Origin: Myxococcota bacterium
GTDB taxonomy: Bacteria; Myxococcota_A; UBA9042; PHBI01; JAWLBL01
Reading direction: 5' to 3'
Assembly: GCA_041687695.1 (NCBI GenBank)
Contig: JAWLBL010000032.1
Coordinates: forward strand, 1-64,000
DNA length: 64,000 nucleotides
The notes beneath the pieces were generated by a model that was not told the origin of the DNA, did no database searches, and saw nothing but the letters and a program-made list of their open reading frames with translations. Below are positions 8,346-16,144 of this stretch, piece by piece (position 1 is the stretch's first letter; each line of letters begins with the position of its first letter). The position numbers and the translations under genes were made by a program.

Positions 8346-9587
8346 TCACCATGCGTGGGCGGGGTGGGCGCCGACCAGGACCTCGAGGGCGAGGAAGGCC
8401 GCGAGGATGGGGTCGGGGCGCCAGCCGGGCTGGTCGAGGGCGCCTTGGAGGCGCAGGCGCGAGAAGTGGGAGGGGTACCAGGTGGCCTGGAGGGCGGCGC
8501 GGGTGCGGGTCTCGGTCCAGGCGGGGTCGAGGGGATCGGCGGGGACGCCGGTGACCAGCTCGTAGCGGGCGCCGACCTCGTAGGAGCGGTCGATGCGCCA
8601 CACCAGCTGGGCGTAGCCGCCGCCGTCGACCAGGCTGTCGCGGGGGACCTGGCGGGCGCGCAGGAGGGCCTCGACGGTGAGGGAGACGCTCTGGCCGTCG
8701 GGGTCGTCGACCGGGGCCCAACGCAGGTAGAGGTCGCTGCCGTAGATGTCGGTGCGGGCGCCGGGGCCGGAGGCGTTGGGGCCGAGCTGGGCGGACAGGC
8801 CCCAGGAGAGCGACCAGGCGGGCGAGAGGGGGAAGAACTGCTTGAGCGCCAGCGTGGTCATGAGGTCGGCCGGCGAGTCGAGGCCGGGGTCGTCGGCGCC
8901 GAAGAAGCTGCGGGCGCAGCACTCGCCGGTGGGGTCCTGGGCGCTGGCGACCAGCTCGACGTACCAGGGCAGGGGGCTGAGCCAGGACAGCTCGGCGCCG
9001 AGGCCGCGGCTGCCCTCGGCGCCGAAGAGCTTGCCGATGACGAGCGGCTGGTCGGCGAAGCTCCAGCTGTGGGGGTGGGTCGGGTTGATGCGGCCGAAGC
9101 GCGCCAGGAACTGGCCGGCGCGGGCCTGCAGGTTGCCGGGCAGGGCGAGGGTGGTGACGTAGGCCTCTTCGACCTCGACGCCGAACTGGGCGAAGACGAG
9201 GTTGGCGTCGAAGCGGAAGAAGGGGTCGACGACGCCCGACAGGTTCATCTCGAGCTGCTGCAGGGTGAAGCCGTCGCGCTGGGGGTCGTGGGCGCCGAGC
9301 TGCAGGGGCGGGCCGTCGAAGACGGCGGCGGCCACGTCGAGGATGAGGGCGATGTCGAGCAGGCTGGGGGCGACGGCGGGCGCGGGGGTGGGGCGCGCGG
9401 CGTCGGTGGCGGCCTGGTCGGCGGCGAGGGCCTCGAGGAGGGCGCGGGTCTCGGCGTCGTCGGGGGCGAGGGGGGCGTTGGGATCGGGGGCGGGCGGCGG
9501 CTGGGACAGGCCCAGCGCGGCCAGCGCGGCGAGCGCGGTGAGCAAGGGGGGACATCCGGGGGCGAGCGGACTGACGCGGAGGCGCAC
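8346..9587 (-). CDS. Outer-membrane beta-barrel protein (myxobacterial 'zinc-regulated outer membrane receptor' type)
   Basis: Signal-like N-terminus; AHDP--GFTLQQLE, EVEEAY, FGRINPTHPHSW, PSHFSRLRLQ; C-terminal GAHPAHAW. No clear plug domain. Confidence 0.8.
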   Translation of the reverse strand: MRLRVSPLAPGCPPLLTALAALAALGLSQPPPAPDPNAPLAPDDAETRALLEALAADQAATDAARPTPAPAVAPSLLDIALILDVAAAVFDGPPLQLGAHDPQRDGFTLQQLEMNLSGVVDPFFRFDANLVFAQFGVEVEEAYVTTLALPGNLQARAGQFLARFGRINPTHPHSWSFADQPLVIGKLFGAEGSRGLGAELSWLSPLPWYVELVASAQDPTGECCARSFFGADDPGLDSPADLMTTLALKQFFPLSPAWSLSWGLSAQLGPNASGPGARTDIYGSDLYLRWAPVDDPDGQSVSLTVEALLRARQVPRDSLVDGGGYAQLVWRIDRSYEVGARYELVTGVPADPLDPAWTETRTRAALQATWYPSHFSRLRLQGALDQPGWRPDPILAAFLALEVLVGAHPAHAW

Positions 9588-9618
9588 CTCTTGGGGGAGG
9601 GGCGCCAGGGGAGGGTCG

Positions 9619-10056
9619 TCAGGCGGCGCGGGCCGGGGGGTCGGCCTTGGGGGCGGTGCGGTACAGGGCGCGCGGGGCGGGGGCGGCGCGGAGGGAGGCG
9701 AGGGCGTCGGGGGGGCCCGTGGCGGGGGGCGCGGCGAGGGCGAGCGAGCGCGGGGGCGTGGCGTCGCGTTCGTCGTGGCGCCACAGGGCGTCGCAGTGGT
9801 CGTGCTCGCCGTGCTGGTCGGGGGCGACCGGGAGCAGGGCGGCGGTGAAGGTAGCCGGGGCCGGGGCGTGATCGTGGGCGGCTTCGGCGTGGTGGTCGTC
9901 GGCGTGGACGATCTCGCCGTGGGCGGCGCAGACGGTGTGCTCGACGGCCAAGTGGTGCAGCGGCCCGCCGAGCTGCCCGGCGATGACCAGCCACGCCGCG
10001 ACGACGCCGGAGAGGCGCGCGGAGAGGCGGTGCGGGCGGGGCGGGCGGCGGGTCAT
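9619..10056 (-). CDS. His-rich DUF2946-like leader protein
   Basis: ATG at 10056; hydrophobic N-terminus; HHLAVEHTVCAAHGE, HADDHH, HGEHDHC; Pro-rich C-terminus RTAPKADPP; first gene of the operon. Confidence 0.7.
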   Translation of the reverse strand: MTRRPPRPHRLSARLSGVVAAWLVIAGQLGGPLHHLAVEHTVCAAHGEIVHADDHHAEAAHDHAPAPATFTAALLPVAPDQHGEHDHCDALWRHDERDATPPRSLALAAPPATGPPDALASLRAAPAPRALYRTAPKADPPARAA

Positions 10057-10070
10057 CGGGCGGCGGCCTC

Positions 10071-10087
10071 TTACAACCGTGTTGCAG
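10071..10087 (-). promoter_or_regulatory. Zur box
   Basis: Minus strand CTGCAAC-ACG-GTTGTAA resembles the deltaproteobacterial Zur consensus ATGCAACnnnGTTGCAT (recalled), 15 bp upstream of a zinc-uptake operon. Confidence 0.8.
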
Positions 10088-10095
10088 GTGGGCGC

Positions 10096-10124
10096 AGCTT
10101 GGTCGTCCCGTCCGGTGGTGTCAA
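10096..10124 (-). promoter_or_regulatory. Sigma70-type promoter of the zinc operon
   Basis: TTGACA (10124-10119), 17-bp spacer, CAAGCT (10101-10096); Zur box just downstream. Confidence 0.55.
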
Positions 10125-10155
10125 GGGGGGTGACGCCGACGTCTTGCGGGTGCGG

Positions 10156-10460
10156 GCCGGCTGGAAGCGGGCGGTCCCGGGGGCGACGGTCGCTGGGAGG
10201 GTCGCGGGTCGGGCCGGCTGGAAGAGGGTGTCTCAGAAGCCCAACCGGAGTGCTCCACCTTGGTGGAGCCCCCATCCGGCGCAGCTTGCTGCGCCGGGAT
10301 TGGCGGCCAGATCCCGGCGGCAAGCCGCCGGGGCCGGGGCTCCGGCAAGCCGGAGCACTCCATGGCCGCCTCAGCCGGCATCAACACGACACCCTCTGGA
10401 AGCCGGCGGTCCCGGGGGCGGCGGTCGCTGGGAGGGTCGCGGGTCGGGCCGGCTGGGGAC
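10156..10460. repeat. 57-bp REP-like array (same family as 3929-4230) interrupted by a MITE
   Basis: GCCGGCTGG hairpin starts at 10156, 10213 and ~10448; the second copy is split by the insertion. Confidence 0.85.
10224..10396. mobile_element. 173-bp MITE with IS1182-like terminal inverted repeats and TGGAA target duplication
   Basis: TGGAA|GAGGGTGTC...GACACCCTC|TGGAA; removing it restores GCCGGCTGGAAGCCGGC. Confidence 0.85.
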
Positions 10461-10494
10461 GACCAGAGGTGGCCGGCCCCAGCCGTTGGCGCGG

Positions 10495-11955
10495 TCAGAA
10501 GTTGGTGTCGCCCTCGGCGCCCGAGACGCCGGCCGCGCCCGAGGCGCCGACGCTGGGGCCGCCGAGGCCGCCCAGGCCGGCCTGGCCGCCCGCCTCGAAG
10601 GCGTTGTCGCTCTTCCAGGCCGCCGCGCCGGTCGCGCCGTGGACGTACAGGCCGTAGCTGACGCCGCCGCAGCCGCCGCCGCCGCCGCCGCCGTGACCGC
10701 CGACCCCGCCCGCGCCGCCCGCGCCGCCGCCGGCCGTGCAGAACGAGTCGTTGTCGCTCTTGTTGCTGGGCCCGCCCGCGCCGCCCGCGCCGCCCGCGCC
10801 GCCGGTCGCGCCGAGGCCGCCGCGGCCGCCGTCGCCGCCGAAGCCGCGCACGATGACGTTGTCGACGATCTGGGGCAGCGAGGCCGGCGCGCTGGAGAAG
10901 GTCACGAACACGCCGAAGCTGCCGCCGCCGCCGGTGCCGCCCTGGCCCGAGGTGCCGCCACAGCCGCCCGAGCCGCCGCCGCCACCCGAGCCGCCGACGT
11001 CGTGGTAGCCGCCGATGACGCTGGCGCAGCCGTGGGTCTCGACGCCGCCGGCCGCGCCGCCGCCGCCGCCGCCCGCGCCCGGGCCGCCATCGCTGCCCGC
11101 CACGCCGGCGCCCGCCTGCCACAGCCCGCCGACCACCTGCCCGGCCGGATCGACGCAGCCGTTGCCCGCCGCGCCGCTGCCGCCCGGGGCGCCCGGCTTG
11201 CCGGCCGCGCCTTCGGTGGACTGCGAGGGGATCTTGCAGATGGTGCAGTTGGCGTCGTTGGCAGCGCAGGTGCTGTAGGGGCCGTCGATGACGTTGACGT
11301 AGGAGTCCAGGCCGGCCGCGCCGCCCGCGCCCGCGCCGTCGCCCTGGCCCGTCGCGCCGGCCTCGGCCGCGGTGGGGGTCTGCTCGGAGCCGACCGGGCA
11401 GGTGGTGGCGTCCTTGGAGGCGTTGAAGTCCGGGCACACGGCCGTGCCGCCCGCGCCGCCGCCGACCTGGACGTCGCCGCAGGTGCGCTCGCCGCCGACG
11501 CCGCCGGCCCGGTGGTGCGCCGCCGTGCAGGTCGCCGTCCCGATGTCGAGCACCGCCAGCCCCGGCGCGCCGTCGGCGCCCGCCTCGCCCGAAGCGCCGG
11601 CCGCGCCGTCCTGGCCGTCGCCGCCGCTGCCGGCGACGATGACGTTGTCGCGCAGGGTCAGCTGGTCGTCGCTGTCGACGACGCGGACGGCGTAGGAGGT
11701 GGCGCCGGGGGTCTTGACCGAGGCGCCGAAGACGGTGAAGCCGATGAGGCCCGACGGGGCGCCGGTCACGCCCATGGCGTTGACGGCGGCGGGGCGGTCG
11801 ACGGTCGGCGGGTCGGCCAGGATGGCGGTCTCGTACAGGGTGGTGTCGCGATCCTGGAAGTCGCCGCGGTAGCCGCCGTAGACGGTGACGCCGGGCGCGA
11901 GGGCGACGCTCTCGGTGTAGACGCCGGTGGCGACGTACACGTCGCGCTTGCCCTC
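10495..11955 (-). pseudogene. 5'-truncated Gly-rich surface protein (DUF1565-like start plus PGRS-like Gly repeats with Cys)
   Basis: Begins mid-domain (EGKRDVYVATGVYTE...VYGGY); no signal peptide or RBS; the upstream frame is antisense to the neighbouring gene and stops at 12112-12114. Confidence 0.65.
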
Positions 11956-13849
11956 CGAGGGGCCCGACGCCGAGCCTCCGCCCGATGCGGTCGCCGACGC
12001 GGTCGAGGACGTCGCGTCCGAGCTGCCGGACGAGGACGCGGAGACCGTCGAGGACGCGGAGCCGGTCGAGGACGCGGTCGAAGAGGTCGCCGAGGACGTC
12101 GTGGAGGACGTTCAGGCCGACGAGGGCGCGCCGCTCGAGGACGTGGACCCGGGTGAGGACGTCCCGCTGCCGCCGGAGGACGTCCAGCCCGAGGTCGGCG
12201 AGGACGCCGGCCCCGACGTCCCCACGCCCAGCTGTGAGGAGGGCCAGGAGCTCTGCGGCGAGGTGTGCGTCGACACGAACGGCAGCCAGCAGCACTGCGG
12301 CGGGTGCGACTCCCCGTGCACCGGCGGCTCGGCGTGCTCGCTCGGGCAGTGCGTGTGCCCGCCCTACCACGCCGTGTGCGGCGGTGTGTGTACGCCCACC
12401 AACTTCGACCCGATGAACTGCGGCGGGTGTGGCGAGGCCTGTGGGCCGACCGAGGTCTGCTCGGGCGGCGCCTGCAAGAGCAGCTGCCTGCCCGGCCAGA
12501 CCGCGTGCAGCGGCACCTGCGTCGACGTCGAGAGCAACAGCGAGCACTGCGGCGGCTGTGACGACGCGTGCCCGCAGGGCCAGGGCTGCGTGTCCGGCAG
12601 CTGCCAGCCGACCATCGCCGACGGCCCGGGCCCCGAGGGCTGCGTCGGGGCGGGCTCGCCCATCGTCATCGAGCAGGGCGACAGCGACGTGTGCGCGGGT
12701 CAGCTCGCGCAGGTGGCCTTCACCTGGTCGCTGTGCTCGTGCAGCACCGTCAAGCTGCCGGGGCCGGCGTTCTTCGACGCCTACGACAGCGCGGCGGGCC
12801 CCTACGAGCCGGGCGGCACCGGCGGCGGTGTCGGCGCCAATGGCACGCTCACGGCTTCCGAGCAGCTGTCGCTCGGCGGGACGCTGTGGAGCAGCGCCAC
12901 CAGCGGCGTGTCGCTCAGCAACCCCGGCAACACGGTCGACCACGAGCTGCACTCGGGCGGGTCGCTGTCCTCGGGCAGCGTCGTCATCGGCGCCGACGCC
13001 TTCGTCGCGGGCAACGTCAGCGGCAACGTCAGCATCGCCGGCGACCTGTACGTCCCGGAGGGCGCCACGGTGGGCGGGGGCGTCAGCGCCAGCAGCGTGG
13101 TGACCGGCCCGGTCGCCGTCCCGCCGCCGTGCAAGTGCGACGCCGAGGAGATCATCCCCGTCGGCGCCATCGTCGCGGCGCGCGCGGCCGACAACGACAA
13201 CGCCACCATCGGCCTCGCCGCCGACGCGCTGGCGAACCTGGGCCCGGCCACCCACCTCGAGCTGCCCTGCGGCCACTACTATCTGGACGCCGTCACGGCC
13301 TCCAAGCCGTTGACCATCCTGGCCACCGGCCGCACCGCCCTGTACATCGGCGGCGACGTCACCTCGACCCAGGAGCTGCGCTTCGCGACCGCGCCGTCGG
13401 CCGAGTTCGACATCTTCATCGCCGGCACGCTCGCCACCAACGAGCCGATCGTCATCGGCTCGCCCAACTTCCCCGCCCTGACCCGCGTCTACGTCGGCGG
13501 CTCGGCGCCCATCAAGATCAGCGAGAGCGCCCTCATCGGCGCCTACCTCTACGCGCCGCACGCCGCCGTGCAGCCGACCGAGGAGTTCGAGATGTACGGC
13601 GGTCTGGTGGCGGGCAGCTTCAGCGGCTCCGACACGACCACCATCCACTACGACCGCGCCGTGCTCTCGGTGGGCGTCGACTGCACGACCCCGCCGCCGG
13701 CCGAGGGCTGCTCGTCCTGTGCCGACTGCGGCAACCAGGCCTGCGTCGACGGCGCCTGCGGCGCGTGCGAGACCAGCGCCGACTGCTGCTCGCCCCTGGT
13801 GTGCATCGGCGGGCAGTGCCTGACGCTGGGTGTCATCATCGACCAGTAG
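11956..13849 (+). pseudogene. 5'-truncated Cys-rich surface protein (acidic linker, CGGC repeats, beta-solenoid-like region)
   Basis: Starts in an Asp/Glu linker with no signal peptide or lipobox; three D/N--H/NCGGC repeats typical of myxobacterial Cys-rich proteins; intact 3' end. Confidence 0.65.
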
Positions 13850-13927
13850 CACCCGCGGCGGCCGCGCGCTCGGCTGGCGAGCGCGCAGGCCGTCGCTGAG
13901 TGGGTCGCGGGTGCCGGCTGGCTGGAA

Positions 13928-14145
13928 GAGGGTGTCGTATTGAGGTCACCCTCGGGTGCCGACCCGTCGAGATACAGCGAGTGCGGGACGCCAACACGCG
14001 CCGGCTCCGCCGGCGCGGAAAGCGCCGCCATGGGCGGCGCACTCCGAAAGCGGGCCCTTCGGCCCGCGTAAGAGGCGGGGCGCTCGGCTTTGGTCAACTC
14101 CATGGCGAGCCTGGAGCGCGGGGACGACCCTTTTGCGACAGCCTC
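13928..14145. mobile_element. 218-bp MITE, same ends, opposite orientation, different interior
   Basis: TGGAA|GAGGGTGTCGTATTGA...TTTTGCGACAGCCTC|TGGAA then GCCGGCGGTCC. Confidence 0.85.
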
Positions 14146-14238
14146 TGGAAGCCGGCGGTCCTGGGGGAGGGCGCCGCGAGCGACGCGATTCAGCCATCCC
14201 GCGCGAGCGCGGGCGCTTTGAGCGGCGGTCCGGGGCGG

Positions 14239-16125
14239 TCAGTTCAGGGCGGCGTGGATGCGCTCGGCGAGGGCGCGGGAGACGCCGGGGCAGGCCAGGA
14301 GGTCGTCGACGGAGGCCTCGCGGACGCGCTTCAAGCTGCCGAAGTGGCGCAGCAGCTCCTTGCGGCGGGTGGGACCGACGCCGGGGATGTCCTCGAGCTC
14401 GCTGGAGAGGGTGCGCTTGTCGCGCAGCTTCTTGTGGAAGGTGATGGCGAAGCGGTGGGCCTCGTCGCGCAGGCGGACGAGCAGGTACATCTCGTTCGAG
14501 TTGGGGCGCAGGTTGACGTGGTTCTTGCGGCCGGGGCGGAAGACGCGCTCCTCGCTGCGGGTGGGGTCGTCGCTGGAGGGCAGGCCGGCGGCGTCGCGCT
14601 TGACGTGGCCCTCTTCGTCGAGCAGGCGCGACTTGGCGAGGCTGGCGACCTCGACCCCCTGAACGCCCAGCTCGCTCAAGACCTCGACCGCGATGTTCAG
14701 CTGGCCCTTGCCGCCGTCGATGAGGATGAGGTCGGGCAGCTCGCCGGTCTCGAGGCCGCGCTTGAAGCGGCGCGAGAGCACCTCGTACATCATCTGGAAG
14801 TCGTTGGGCGCCTCGAGCGAGCGCACCTTGAAGTGGCGGTACTCCTTCTTGTCGAGGTGCCCGTCGGTCGCGACCACCATCGAGCCCACCGGCTCGGTGC
14901 CCTGGATGTTCGAGATGTCGTAGCACTCGATGCGGGCCGGCAGCCGGGTCAGGCCCAGCCGGTCCTGGAGCTTCTCGATCGTGACCAGCGCGTCCTCGGC
15001 CTTCTTGGCGCGCGCCTTGAACGACTCCTCGGCGTTCTTGAGCGCCAGCTCGATGAGGCGCCGGCTGTCGCCGCGCTGCGGCGCGTGGACCTTGACCCGC
15101 TTGCCGCGCGCCTCGCTCAGGAGATCCTCCCACGTCTCGGTCTCGGGCAGCGGCGTCGGCGTCAGCACCACCTCGGGCACCGGGCGCGACCCGTCGTAGT
15201 AGGCCGTCAGGAAGTCCTCGAGCACCTCCTCGTCGGGCAGCTCCATGGTCATCGGGAAGTTGCGTGCCCCGGCGATGACGCCCGCCCGCACCTGGATGAC
15301 CTGCACGACCAGCTCGGCGCCCTGCCGGTAGATGGCCAGCGCGTCCATGTCGGACTCGTGCTTGAACCGGACGCTCTGCGGGGCCAGCGACCGCTCGACC
15401 GCCGCGATCTGGTCGCGGTAGTGCGCCGCCAGCTCGAAGTCCAGCGCCTCGGCCGCCGCCTCCATCTTGGCGGTCAGCCGCTCGACGAGCGGCCGCGACT
15501 TGCCCTGCAGGAACAGCTTCACGTCGGCCAGGCTCTCGGCGTAGGCCTTGGGGTCCACCGGCAGCACGCACGGCGCCGGACAGCGCCCGATCTGGTGCTC
15601 GAGGCACGGCCGCGCCCGGTTTCTGAACTCGGTGTCCTCGCAGGTGCGCAGGTTGAAGTGCCGGTTGATGACCCGCAGCGTGTTGCGGATCGCCGTCGCC
15701 GAGTCGTAGGGCCCGAAGTAGTCGGCCGCGTCGCGCTTGCGCCGCCCCGCCCGGATGACGTCCAGCCGCGGCCAGGGGTGCTCGCGCCCCAGCCGGATCA
15801 TCAGGAAGTTCTTGTCGTCCTTGAGCTTGACGTTGAAGCGAGGCTGGTGGCGCTTGATGAGCTCGTTTTCGAGCAGCAGCGCCTCCTTCTCGTTCGAGGT
15901 CGTGATGACGTCGATGCTGCCCAGCACCCGGTCGAGCAGCCCGATGAAAAAGCGCGTGTCGCCCGGGCTTGGCGAGAAGTACTGCCCGAGGCGCGCCTTC
16001 AGATCGGCGGCCTTGCCGACGTACACGACCTCGCCCACGCGGTCGCGCATCAGGTAGCAGCCCGGCGCGCGCGGCGCCGTCTTCAGCCGCTCGGCCAGCC
16101 AGTCCGGCAGATCCCTCGCCGCCAT
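14239..16125 (-). CDS. uvrC: Excinuclease ABC subunit C
   Basis: GIY-YIG (PGCYLM..VYVGKA), EALLLENELIK, UVR domain (FELAAHYRD), RIECYDISN, LIDGGKGQL, RDEAHRFA, C-terminal HhH. Confidence 0.98.
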   Translation of the reverse strand: MAARDLPDWLAERLKTAPRAPGCYLMRDRVGEVVYVGKAADLKARLGQYFSPSPGDTRFFIGLLDRVLGSIDVITTSNEKEALLLENELIKRHQPRFNVKLKDDKNFLMIRLGREHPWPRLDVIRAGRRKRDAADYFGPYDSATAIRNTLRVINRHFNLRTCEDTEFRNRARPCLEHQIGRCPAPCVLPVDPKAYAESLADVKLFLQGKSRPLVERLTAKMEAAAEALDFELAAHYRDQIAAVERSLAPQSVRFKHESDMDALAIYRQGAELVVQVIQVRAGVIAGARNFPMTMELPDEEVLEDFLTAYYDGSRPVPEVVLTPTPLPETETWEDLLSEARGKRVKVHAPQRGDSRRLIELALKNAEESFKARAKKAEDALVTIEKLQDRLGLTRLPARIECYDISNIQGTEPVGSMVVATDGHLDKKEYRHFKVRSLEAPNDFQMMYEVLSRRFKRGLETGELPDLILIDGGKGQLNIAVEVLSELGVQGVEVASLAKSRLLDEEGHVKRDAAGLPSSDDPTRSEERVFRPGRKNHVNLRPNSNEMYLLVRLRDEAHRFAITFHKKLRDKRTLSSELEDIPGVGPTRRKELLRHFGSLKRVREASVDDLLACPGVSRALAERIHAALN

Positions 16126-16144
16126 CTCGCCGTGTCCACCCTGG

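Noticed and set aside
10495..11940. Mycobacterial PE-PGRS gene acquired by transfer
   Set aside because: No PE domain; Cys-containing Gly-rich repeats after a DUF1565-like segment are typical of myxobacterial surface proteins.
11951..11961. CCCTC-C-GAGGG junction as abutted MITE ends or a proven shufflon site
   Set aside because: Only 5 bp match the MITE ends, and no recombinase or second site is visible in the window; kept only as a breakpoint observation.
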